A stretch of 64,000 bases of DNA. Origin: Savitreella phatthalungensis. Its lineage: Eukaryota. The notes under the pieces were generated by a model. That model searched no databases. It was not told the origin of the DNA and saw only the letters and a list, made by a program, of their open reading frames with translations. Below, piece after piece: positions 55,434-64,000 of this stretch (position 1 is its first letter; every line of letters begins with the position of its first letter). Both the position numbers and the translations under genes were made by a program. The stretch lies in assembly GCA_051599415.1 (NCBI GenBank), contig AP039689.1, forward strand, positions 1,054,001 through 1,118,000. Reading direction: 5' to 3'.

Positions 55434-56225
55434 AGAAAATCAATGTCCGGTGATGTCTGTTGTTCATTTGTCTGTGTGACTTCGACCAAATATGACGTTG
55501 GTGGATCATCCGCTTGCATGCCCACCTACACGCAGGAGATGGACGCTGGCGCGACCGAATGATAAGTCCGATGCACAATTGATAGGTTTCATATTGAGCC
55601 TGGTTTGTTTCGATTCTAGGTCGTGCGTGACCCAAAGCAATTCACATGCAAGCGACCATGCCGAATGTCTTCTGCCGAGCACGCTAATCAGCAGGATACA
55701 CATGATGGCCATATATGGTAAGACTAAACCGGGTGCAAAGGTAAAAGCGGCCGGATGAATTATTTAAGCTATAGAACTATAGTATATAATGAAACTTATG
55801 ACAAAAGATATCGACAGCGGATGCACGTACGTATGTATATGCACCATAGTCTGCAGCCCCACACATATATGCGCACATCTCCACTCTGACTAACTGTTTT
55901 AAGCTTATATCATTTCAGCATAATCGATGGCTCAGTAGATCGCAAGGACCCCGCCGTCATTTGAAAGACGTACGTACATGCACATCATCCGCAGTCAGCC
56001 TGATGGGCGAAGCTCAGTTGCAGATGGAGCGAATCATGCAGTGGCTCATCCAAATGTCGGTCAACGAATATTTTCCTGCGCTTGTGGACAACCTTGTCGA
56101 CATCATAGGCCGATTGTTCTAGGAAGACGATGCATCTTGAATGTAAAGCCAGTGGCTGTAAGTCGAACCGGACGGCTCGCAGGTCTGACCTTGCCTCGCA
56201 GCGATGAATTGAGCGATGTGGCTGA

Positions 56226-57536
56226 TTATTCTTTCTCGCGATGGTGACTGCGCCCGAATAGCCTGCCTAGTGGAGATTTGCCACGTCTCGTCGTTGATGG
56301 AGCATTTGTCGTCGAACTGGAAGTGCTCGAGGCTGGCCTTCCAGACAACTCGTTGCTGCTCGGCGAAGCACTACCTAACGATGATGAAGACATGCGTCGC
56401 TGCGACCGTATCATGCCAGGAACCATTAACATTGAACCTGGCTTGCTGGCATCAAATTGAGCGTCACTCGGATTGCTGGACTGCGTAGTTGAATAAGAAG
56501 TTTGCGGCGTCAGGCTCGGAGTCGTTGAGCCTGGCGGAAGTACGGATGGAGACGCTAGTGGAGAGCTCTGTGCGGGATAATTGATCGTGTTGCTGCTTCC
56601 GCTGACTCCTGATCTGCCACGCTCGCCAGAAAGACCAGTAACGGCGGCACCTGCGGGCCCACCATGCGCATCGGTCAACTGTGCTGCAGAGAACATCCTG
56701 TTGAGATCGTCAAACGAAGATGACTTCTCTAATATCTCAAGATAGCTGCGTCTGCTCGGATCCGCCATACGCTTCTTCTTCGCCTTGCTGCGCTTCCGAT
56801 CGGGACGCACGACGATTACAGGGACTGGTGAGTTCTGTAAGCACCATTTGGACATCGAATTAGGCACTAGTCCCGAGATACTGTTGAGATTCCGTCCTTT
56901 GGTGCCGACTATAAGCGAGTCAGGATGATACAGGTGAATCATATGCATGAGGAGGGACTTGACGTTTCCGGTCGCAAGCTCTACGATAATCGAGACAGCT
57001 TTGTCATCCTCGTTGCGCTCGACAATCTCGTCGACGATGTGTCTTGCCTCGGCTCGATATGCTGCCTCGCTCACCTCCTCATTGTTGGCCTGCTTGCTCT
57101 TGGGATCGATGGCGCGCAGAGCAATGATCTCGTCTCCGTCATCCGCCAGTGTATCCAGCAGCCAGTCCAGCGCGGATGCAGAGTATTCTGCAGTATCATA
57201 TCCGATGAGGTATGTGCGCGACTGGCGTCTGTAGCGATATTCTTTGTGCTTTACCTTGAGAGTCAAGCTGAAGATCGCAGCATCTGGATTCGTAAATGTA
57301 TCAAAAGAGACGCGCTTTGTGAAGCGCCCGTCTGGTGGAGGACTCGCTCCAGCTCGTCGACCACGGGATCCTTCCGAGCGTGCTGAACGTAGCGATGACT
57401 GGGAGAGACGTCGAGCTGTGTCACGAGCTTGCGAGACGGAAGAGGAGGGCGCACCGTGCACTGCCGGACCAGATGAGACGCTGGGAGGTGTCACAGATCG
57501 CTCGATGACAGGCGGAGCAGCAAAAGAAATCGACAT
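56226..57536 (-). CDS. Universal stress protein (Usp) domain protein
   Basis: KRVSFDTF, YLIGYD..ALDWLL..DDGDEI, LIVGTKGR and SMSKWCLQNSPVPVIVVRP, flanked by Ser-rich disordered regions. Confidence 0.87.
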   Translation of the reverse strand: MSISFAAPPVIERSVTPPSVSSGPAVHGAPSSSVSQARDTARRLSQSSLRSARSEGSRGRRAGASPPPDGRFTKRVSFDTFTNPDAAIFSLTLKVKHKEYRYRRQSRTYLIGYDTAEYSASALDWLLDTLADDGDEIIALRAIDPKSKQANNEEVSEAAYRAEARHIVDEIVERNEDDKAVSIIVELATGNVKSLLMHMIHLYHPDSLIVGTKGRNLNSISGLVPNSMSKWCLQNSPVPVIVVRPDRKRSKAKKKRMADPSRRSYLEILEKSSSFDDLNRMFSAAQLTDAHGGPAGAAVTGLSGERGRSGVSGSSNTINYPAQSSPLASPSVLPPGSTTPSLTPQTSYSTTQSSNPSDAQFDASKPGSMLMVPGMIRSQRRMSSSSLGSASPSSNELSGRPASSTSSSTTNAPSTTRRGKSPLGRLFGRSHHREKE

Positions 57537-57821
57537 CTTTGCGTCGCCCCGTTGCACCGTCTGCAGGTCAGCCTTTGATCTGTGTCACACTGTATCGGAA
57601 TGAGCACTTTCGGTTACCGGTTTCTGATCCTCGCTCTCATGCTGTGCATTATAATTCCAGCTAAGCGATCAATCTCTGGCGCCAAGATATCGAGGTGGGG
57701 AAGCGGTCTCTATATTTATTCTCGACCAGACGCTGTCTGGTGGACGCCGCTGCCATCCAATGCATGTCAGCCACCACCTGTAGGATCGGTAGGTCGGTAT
57801 GGGCAGAACGTAGCCCGAGTC

Positions 57822-59543
57822 ATGCAATTCACAGATTCGGCAACCATCGGCGCTGTTGTGTTGAGCGCACTCGCTTCGACATTCGCTGCGCGACGTCATC
57901 TGCTGCCGCGCGTCTTATCACATAGTGCGGCGGACTCCCAAGATCCCACCTACAGCTTTGGCGATGATCAGGTCTCGCGATCAGTTCGCTGGACGTTCTC
58001 CGGGGCCACGGGGTTGTCGATGCTTGTCTTTTTCCTAGTCGGCGCCGAGTTCGGGGATTGGCTCGGAAATGTTAGGGAGATCGTCTGGCTAGCGGCGATG
58101 TGCGCTCTCCTGCTAGTGATGCTTATCATAATCCCGTTACTGGTCAACTTTCACTATTTCACGTCACTCGCGATACGCAGATCTTACGTGGCTGCTTGCA
58201 GTGTTGGCACGCTAGGGCTCGAGGGATATGCATTCTACAAAATAGGTGCCGTGCTTATGGGCAGCGCTCCACGCGCAACTGCCGCGGTCGAGGGTCATGG
58301 GCGGACGTTGTTGAGAGCGGGCGTCCTTCGGGTCGCGCTCTTTGGTATCCTTGCCATGGCTCTGCTGGCCGGCTTCGGAGCTGCATCCAGCTTGTATAAC
58401 CTGTTCTCAAGTCGCCGCATCGTCACTGAGGCCGAGCAATCACGGGCAAAGGACAACCTTCGTTGGCATTCCGAGCTAGTCGACGTCAAGGCTCGTACGC
58501 TCGCAAAGGCAGAAAATCGTGCAGCTGGAGACGCTGGCCGAGATTGGTGGCGCGACTCGTCCGAGAACGATGCTGTGGAGCACGCTCGTCAAGACCTTGT
58601 CGCTGTACAAGAAGAGTTCGACGGCTTAGCAGCCGATCTTCTTGAGATCGAACTACAATTCGAGGACCAACGGCGAGCGCGGTCGACCTTTGGATTAGTC
58701 ACGCGAACATGGGATATCATCTTCGCGCTCTACTGCATTATCCGCGTGCTGCAGTCCTGTGTCAACTTGTCGCCATGGCGTTCGACAGAAAAGCAAGACC
58801 CAGTAACGCAGATGATCGCGATACTGGTTGCAGAGGGTGACGGAAAATCGGCCGCACGCAGCATACTGTCTCCGGCTGCGGCATCTCAGGTCGACTCAGA
58901 GTCATTAGCACGAGGAATATCTCTGCTGCTATCTCTCATCGTCGTGACGGGCTCTATTCGCGCCTGCACTCTCGTTCTTGCACGTTGGACACGCGCTTTG
59001 CCGAAAGTCATCAACAGGAGACAGCTTGTACTCGCTTTCGCATGGCTTATCGGTGCTTACAATGTCGCCACCGCAGTAACATTATGTCGGTCGCTCCCGT
59101 CACGGTATGGCAGGCTTGTGCTCGGCGGGCTGGGTGGATTCGAAGTCGATCGACCATTGCTGGATGGCTGGTTTGACGCGATGTTCCTGCTCGGCGTCAG
59201 CGCCACAGCGAGCGGCCTCGCTCTGAGCAGATCACGTCGGAAAATGCTTTCCCGCCAGTCATCGTTCTCATATCTGCCTCTGACGACTCCTTCTAAAGAA
59301 ATTGCGCGGAATGGGCGACGGCTACCATCGCAGCTTGTTGTGTCTGCTTCGCAGCAAATGTTCAGTGTCAATAGTCCCTCATCGGTACTCGCAGGAGAAA
59401 CACACAGATTTGGAGTCCCGCCAACGAGTCCGAGGATGAGCCGCGAACTTAATTCGATGGCGGCTGCGCTTGACGAGACGCGCTTTTCACCAGCAAGCAG
59501 ACCTGAAAGCAAACGAAACGCGCAGCAAGGCAAGGCTGAGTGA
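57822..59543 (+). CDS. Golgi pH regulator / GPR89 (ABA-GPCR-like) membrane protein
   Basis: RVALFGILAMALLAGFGAASS, IFALYCIIRV, DPVTQ and WFDAMFL motifs; multi-TM. Start placed at MQFTDS. Confidence 0.82.
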   Translation: MQFTDSATIGAVVLSALASTFAARRHLLPRVLSHSAADSQDPTYSFGDDQVSRSVRWTFSGATGLSMLVFFLVGAEFGDWLGNVREIVWLAAMCALLLVMLIIIPLLVNFHYFTSLAIRRSYVAACSVGTLGLEGYAFYKIGAVLMGSAPRATAAVEGHGRTLLRAGVLRVALFGILAMALLAGFGAASSLYNLFSSRRIVTEAEQSRAKDNLRWHSELVDVKARTLAKAENRAAGDAGRDWWRDSSENDAVEHARQDLVAVQEEFDGLAADLLEIELQFEDQRRARSTFGLVTRTWDIIFALYCIIRVLQSCVNLSPWRSTEKQDPVTQMIAILVAEGDGKSAARSILSPAAASQVDSESLARGISLLLSLIVVTGSIRACTLVLARWTRALPKVINRRQLVLAFAWLIGAYNVATAVTLCRSLPSRYGRLVLGGLGGFEVDRPLLDGWFDAMFLLGVSATASGLALSRSRRKMLSRQSSFSYLPLTTPSKEIARNGRRLPSQLVVSASQQMFSVNSPSSVLAGETHRFGVPPTSPRMSRELNSMAAALDETRFSPASRPESKRNAQQGKAE

Positions 59544-59624
59544 TACTCTGAATCGGTAGAGGAGTTGATCATCCTTGTGTGCCAGCGTCGCACCTATCTT
59601 GCACGACTGGATTTTGCGGATGTC

Positions 59625-60707
59625 TCAAGAGCTTGCATCTCGCATCGCCTTCCGGCGCGCTCGTTTGACCAGTCTGCGTAGTTGTACTGGCGAGATCTTG
59701 AGCTCGCGTTGCAGACGTTCCAAATGAAGCTCCAAGGCGAGATCTCCTTTAGCTAACCTTGCAAAGGCGCGTCTTCCAGTGCCCTCTGGTCCGGAGCTGA
59801 CTGGATCGTCATCCGATGTGCGACGAACTGTAATCAAGTCTATGCCTGTGCTCTTGAGGCGCCTAATGTCCTGCTTATTTCTCAGACGCATGAAACGTGG
59901 AGAGGGATCTTCGACTGTTACTTCCTTGATGTTCTCGCAACCGCTGCAATAATCTATGATTGCATCGTAAAGCTTGCCACCATGTCCTTGCCGTTGTGCC
60001 GTCGGAAGCACGAGAAACTGTGATATCCGGTAACGCTGTACGTCCAACCTCCTGGTGTCCGTATCATAGAAGTTGTATCGGTAACACGTGCAGTAACCCA
60101 CAAACTCGTACTTGCCGTCGCCATGAAGCCTATATGTCACCCAGACATCGAATCTGTCGTCCGTGATATCTATCAGGCTTGCTCCTTCGATGAAAAACAT
60201 GCTGAAGATCTGCATGCGAGACACACGTTTCTTGAAAGTCTCATCGGCGCAACTGCAGCGCCATATTTCATGGCGGCCCTCGTCCCCGTCGCGCGTATCC
60301 CCGGTAATGTACGTCGCCACGCAGTCTCCTAAAGGGGCAAAATCATCAGCCTCATTTGCAGCCTGAGTGGTCCAAAGTGCTTCGTTTTCCGTTCCGACCA
60401 CAAGATCCGGTGCGAGGTATTCAAGAAGAGGTGCCTTAATTTCCTTACCGTCCGCATCAAGCGCGATCGCCCCGTCCCAACTCACAGTCAGCCACTGGAG
60501 CAGAGAGTCTCGCGCGAATACCAACTGAATCTTGAGACCTTTGTAGCCAAAAATCTGCTCGGCTTCTCCAAAGAACGGGTAGGTGAAATCAGGTTGAAAT
60601 GATCGACTGCCATGCGAGTAGTCGGCAACCTTACTGGATGCATCGCGAAAGCGCAAATGCATCGCTCGATTACTCCCACAAGTCCATTCCTCGGGCCTGA
60701 GAGACAT
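59625..60707 (-). CDS. HAT1: Histone acetyltransferase type B catalytic subunit
   Basis: FQPDFTYPFFGEAEQIFGYKGL, FFIEGASLID, RISQFLVLPTAQRQGHG and EVTVEDPS. Confidence 0.95.
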   Translation of the reverse strand: MSLRPEEWTCGSNRAMHLRFRDASSKVADYSHGSRSFQPDFTYPFFGEAEQIFGYKGLKIQLVFARDSLLQWLTVSWDGAIALDADGKEIKAPLLEYLAPDLVVGTENEALWTTQAANEADDFAPLGDCVATYITGDTRDGDEGRHEIWRCSCADETFKKRVSRMQIFSMFFIEGASLIDITDDRFDVWVTYRLHGDGKYEFVGYCTCYRYNFYDTDTRRLDVQRYRISQFLVLPTAQRQGHGGKLYDAIIDYCSGCENIKEVTVEDPSPRFMRLRNKQDIRRLKSTGIDLITVRRTSDDDPVSSGPEGTGRRAFARLAKGDLALELHLERLQRELKISPVQLRRLVKRARRKAMRDASS

Positions 60708-60755
60708 CTGAAGGCCGTTGCCCGTTTTATTGCTCCAGGACCGGGTGTCATGTAA

Positions 60756-60761
60756 ACGCGT
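60756..60761. promoter_or_regulatory. MCB-like element in HAT1 / Sel1-gene bidirectional promoter
   Basis: Perfect ACGCGT about 50 bp upstream of the HAT1 ATG, in a 126-bp divergent gap. Confidence 0.35.
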
Positions 60762-60833
60762 CTCTCAATTGGAAAACATCCATTTTGTCAGTGTCAATTA
60801 CAAGCTGGTGCCGTAACATGTGACGCAACGTCA

Positions 60834-61874
60834 ATGAGATCGATCGTCAGGGCTCCTGTACGAACAATCTGCAAAACTGAGAAGATCGATGCCGCCACTC
60901 TTTTGGGACCACGCGAAATCTATGATGCAGCTCATTCGCGCGAAAGGGTTCTCGGACTGAGCTACGATGATCTGCTCAACATCGTGAGCGAAGCAGATCC
61001 AGCGGAGCATGGCAATGCGGCGGCTTCCGATCTGTTCATCGCTTCGAAAATTATGCGCCGTGCTCCGAAGCTTGCGAACCCGACACTTGCGCGCGAAAGA
61101 CTAGAAGTCGCGCGCAGGTTAACGCGAGCGGCCGCTCTTCGAGGTGACACCGCGGCTGAGCTGTTCTGGTGTGAAGAGGTGCTCCGTTCGCCGAAAAGCG
61201 CAGCGTCGATTCGCAAAATGGCCATGGAGAATCTATCGCGACTCGCAGCAGCTGGAGAGGGCAAGGCCAGTCTTCTCATGGCCAATGAGCTGTACAGTCT
61301 TGGCAAAAAGAAGGCAGCATTGCGAGCGTATCGCTCAGCCGGCGAGCGCGGCGTGGGTGAAGCATACACAAAGCTTGGAAGAATCCTTCGTAAGGACGGT
61401 CACGACAGACTCAGTCGGGATGCTTTCGAGCGGGCTGCAAATTTGGGTGAGCCGAATGCTGACTTCATGTTATCCGTGCTGGCTGCCGTCGATGTGGCTG
61501 CAGCCGAACGCAAGGCTGATCAATCGTCCGCTGAGAGGTGTAGAAATATACAGCTAAAACATCTACGACAAGCGGCCCGCGGAGGTGTCGTCGAGGCACA
61601 ATACAACCTGGGCGACCTTTATCGCCGAGGTGGACAAGTCGAGTTAGCGAAGGAATTCCTCGAGGCTGCTGCCAAGCGTGGCTTTCAGCCTGCGCAATCT
61701 AATCTGGCTGCTTTGCTCATTGCTCAAGGGCGACGAGACCAGGCTAGAGCATGGCTGCGCGAAGCCCAGCGCGGCGGCGGCGAAATTGCCGAGCATGCAG
61801 CCAGGACTCTCGCATCAATCGAGGGTGCACCGGAGTCGCCCACGAAGACAGATACCTCTTGCACGATTATGTGA
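60834..61874 (+). CDS. Sel1-repeat protein with C-terminal CaaX (Mss2-like or Chs4/Skt5-like)
   Basis: Sel1 repeats (GVGEAYTKLG, GVVEAQYNLGDLY, GFQPAQSNLA); ends in CTIM-stop. Confidence 0.75.
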   Translation: MRSIVRAPVRTICKTEKIDAATLLGPREIYDAAHSRERVLGLSYDDLLNIVSEADPAEHGNAAASDLFIASKIMRRAPKLANPTLARERLEVARRLTRAAALRGDTAAELFWCEEVLRSPKSAASIRKMAMENLSRLAAAGEGKASLLMANELYSLGKKKAALRAYRSAGERGVGEAYTKLGRILRKDGHDRLSRDAFERAANLGEPNADFMLSVLAAVDVAAAERKADQSSAERCRNIQLKHLRQAARGGVVEAQYNLGDLYRRGGQVELAKEFLEAAAKRGFQPAQSNLAALLIAQGRRDQARAWLREAQRGGGEIAEHAARTLASIEGAPESPTKTDTSCTIM

Positions 61875-64000
61875 TCGATTGTAGATTCGGGAGACGGGCG
61901 GCGAATCGCCAGCAGGTACCGGTCGCGGTGGGCGAACCATTGAATGCTATCTGGGCCTGTAAGGTCGAAAATATCTGGCACGCCGCGATGCAGAGACGCC
62001 TCAGCGCTGCACGCTGTTCGTGTCTATTCTGGCATATCGTCGTTAATGCATGGAGATCTCTATCCATCGCTAAAATAGAGGCTGCCAGATCGCGAGCGTA
62101 ATTTGCAAGCGATCCTGCCTTGGATCGGCTCCCTCGGAGTACACGATCAAGCAGCTGTCGACATTGCACAAGGATTTGTCCACAAATGAGCCCGTTGCCT
62201 GCTGCTGCTACTTCGGCAAGCGCTTTCATCAGTCCGATCATGCATAAGTCCAGGGTATGTGCACGGACTAATGGTGGTGGCGCGGACGGCGGGCTGGTGA
62301 AATGGCTGCGCATGATCAGCACGAGCGGTTGATGATCTTGAGGTTCTATTGAGGCGAGCTCAACGCTTTCCATGTCCATTAAGGCGGCCGTGACCTCAAA
62401 TGTGAGCAATATCTTCCTGGAGCCGCCGGCTGGCAGGTGTCCAATGGAAAATTCGCGCACTTGACAAGGCTCGATTGCTTCTGCATTTAACGATTTCAGC
62501 CTGACAGCCAGGGCCGCACTTCTGCTAGCCTTGACAGTGAACTTAAAGTCCTCGCGAGTCAGTGTCGATATCGTCTCGAGAGCATTAACGAGCAGAAGTT
62601 CGAATTCAAATACGTCGCGGACAAAGGTGTATGTACCTCCTCCAGCCGAGCTCAATCGACTCAGAAGGACGGGATCATGACCTAGACCATAGCCAAATAT
62701 GTGCAGCTTTGTGTTCAACAGAGGCGGTAGCTCATTGTGAGATTCAGTCATTTCCTTTGAGCTGCGATCGCAGACAATAGCAAATATGTGTCGACTTGGG
62801 CAGCGCGTCTGGACGAGCGACTCTGCAGCGAGCTGCAACGCGTTCTGCAGTGAATCGCAACAGTGCCCTGCTTCCGACATTGGACCCATGTAATCAAGCG
62901 CCTTAAGACGCTCTTGTAATGCCTGTTGACCTGGATGCAGCAGTACCTTGCAGCTCCGTTGATCGTATACAAGCAGGCCGCAAGCTGAATGCTCGTCCAA
63001 ACTACGCTCGATGCGACGAATCGCATGCTTGATACATGCAAGCTCGAGTCTTGTGTTGAGAACAATTGCTGGCAAGACGATGAAAAAATGTGTAGGGCTG
63101 GATCTTCTTGGTGTTTGTGATGGAAATTGCGTCGCAGGCGTTGCAAGCTCGCGGATTACATCGAGCTCCGCCACGCCCATATCGAGGAAGCTGTGGATCG
63201 ACGAATCTGCCAGCTCGCCACTCACAGATTCGTGACGCCCAGTCATCAAGCTCTCCCAGGCAGACCGCTCTGATGTGCTTGGGAATACAAGCTGATAAAT
63301 CACACCAGCACGATCCTTCAGTACCAGTAGATGTGCATCCAGCCCCAGATTCCTGTCCGTCATAAGCTCGACGAGCTTCAAGACGCCCTTGACGAGGAGA
63401 TTCATATAGGGTTTTCCGGGTGGCAACGACACGTGCTGCGATTCTGTGATGCATACCAAGACGTGCTCAAATAGATAGCACGAAAAGGTCTTCCAGATAC
63501 CACGGAACCCGATCTCAATGTTGCTTCGACGGAGAAGCCCTCCAACGGTCTCCAAATCGAGACCGTTCCAGTGGGCCACGCGTCGGCGTAATTCTTCCGT
63601 GAGAAAGGTCCGATCATCGAAGCAGGAGGCGCGATGAATTAACTTGCGGTCGCTATGCGCCTCCTGAGATCCCGTAGAAATGGTCATCAGAACATCGAGT
63701 TGTTGAATGACATTGACGTGACTGGCCTGAAGATGGGGACGACTTGGCTGCAGTTCTATCGTGATCGCTGGTGGCGAACGTGAGTCGAGCTGCGAAACAG
63801 CCGAACGATGTGACTGCACCTGGATGCAAATCGCACATCGCGGGTGTGCCGCCTCGATCAGTTTGGAGCCTCTACCCGTTTCGTCATATACCTGCAGTAG
63901 CACGCGGCCATGGCAGCTTCCATGGAGCTGATGCCCGCAAGCGAAGTACAGCACGGGCTCATCGACATCTTTGACGCTGAGCCGACGATCGCAAAGGGCA
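61867..64000 (-). CDS. RING-H2 + PH + vWA protein, Far1/Ste5-like (5'-truncated by window edge)
   Basis: The frame is open to the window edge: xALCDRR..FACGHQLHGSC..PRCAIC. A PH-like region (WKTFSCYLFEHVLVC..ERSAW) and a vWA region (LHIFGYGLGHDPVLLSRLS..GGTYTFVRD) follow. Confidence 0.78.
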   Translation of the reverse strand, partial: ALCDRRLSVKDVDEPVLYFACGHQLHGSCHGRVLLQVYDETGRGSKLIEAAHPRCAICIQVQSHRSAVSQLDSRSPPAITIELQPSRPHLQASHVNVIQQLDVLMTISTGSQEAHSDRKLIHRASCFDDRTFLTEELRRRVAHWNGLDLETVGGLLRRSNIEIGFRGIWKTFSCYLFEHVLVCITESQHVSLPPGKPYMNLLVKGVLKLVELMTDRNLGLDAHLLVLKDRAGVIYQLVFPSTSERSAWESLMTGRHESVSGELADSSIHSFLDMGVAELDVIRELATPATQFPSQTPRRSSPTHFFIVLPAIVLNTRLELACIKHAIRRIERSLDEHSACGLLVYDQRSCKVLLHPGQQALQERLKALDYMGPMSEAGHCCDSLQNALQLAAESLVQTRCPSRHIFAIVCDRSSKEMTESHNELPPLLNTKLHIFGYGLGHDPVLLSRLSSAGGGTYTFVRDVFEFELLLVNALETISTLTREDFKFTVKASRSAALAVRLKSLNAEAIEPCQVREFSIGHLPAGGSRKILLTFEVTAALMDMESVELASIEPQDHQPLVLIMRSHFTSPPSAPPPLVRAHTLDLCMIGLMKALAEVAAAGNGLICGQILVQCRQLLDRVLRGSRSKAGSLANYARDLAASILAMDRDLHALTTICQNRHEQRAALRRLCIAACQIFSTLQAQIAFNGSPTATGTCWRFAARLPNLQSIT

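Noticed and set aside
57582..57821. Long N-terminal extensions given by the ORF track (GPHR; likewise CCS1, PCNA, vip1, NPC2, CYC3)
   Set aside because: They mostly start at non-ATG codons upstream of the conserved N-termini, so starts were reassigned to the family-consistent ATG.
9730..61874. Apparent cluster of mitochondrial copper/heme/COX genes (CCS1, CMC1, CYC3, ABC1 kinase, Mss2-like)
   Set aside because: Spread over 50 kb among unrelated genes, consistent with chance.
1..64000. CRISPR arrays, transposons, prophage or prokaryotic defence systems
   Set aside because: The genes are eukaryotic with spliceosomal introns. No repeat-spacer array, transposase, reverse transcriptase, integrase, LTR or TIR was seen.

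Overview
This is fungal (ascomycete-type) nuclear DNA. It is very gene-dense and intron-poor, with about 36 protein-coding genes and no recognisable transposon, tRNA/rRNA gene or CRISPR array. The few introns are tiny (41-72 nt, GT-AG, CTRAC branch point 6-12 nt before the AG). Together with S. pombe-like genes (rds1, vip1), this suggests an early-diverging ascomycete such as Taphrinomycotina; that placement is an inference. Most genes are conserved housekeeping genes: RTF2, CDC27, dynein LIC, RTT103, CCS1, EMP47-like lectin, CMC1, PFS2, ARL1, ketopantoate reductase, CYC3, POL5, PCNA, RSA4, septin CDC11, RER1, CCT8, BEM2-like GEF/GAP, NPC2, ABC1 kinase, USP, GPHR and HAT1. The most notable signals are: (i) a recurring intergenic grammar of alternating purine-pyrimidine tracts plus ATCGAT/ATCAAT clusters; (ii) a six-copy 11-bp phased T-tract repeat; (iii) a DUF2237 protein with a predicted signal peptide and a KNDL tail; (iv) a Far1/Ste5-like RING-PH-vWA gene overlapping a Sel1-repeat CaaX gene; (v) a fungal TF-domain protein with no zinc cluster; (vi) orphan secreted proteins. 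All calls come from motif recognition by eye; no database searches were run.
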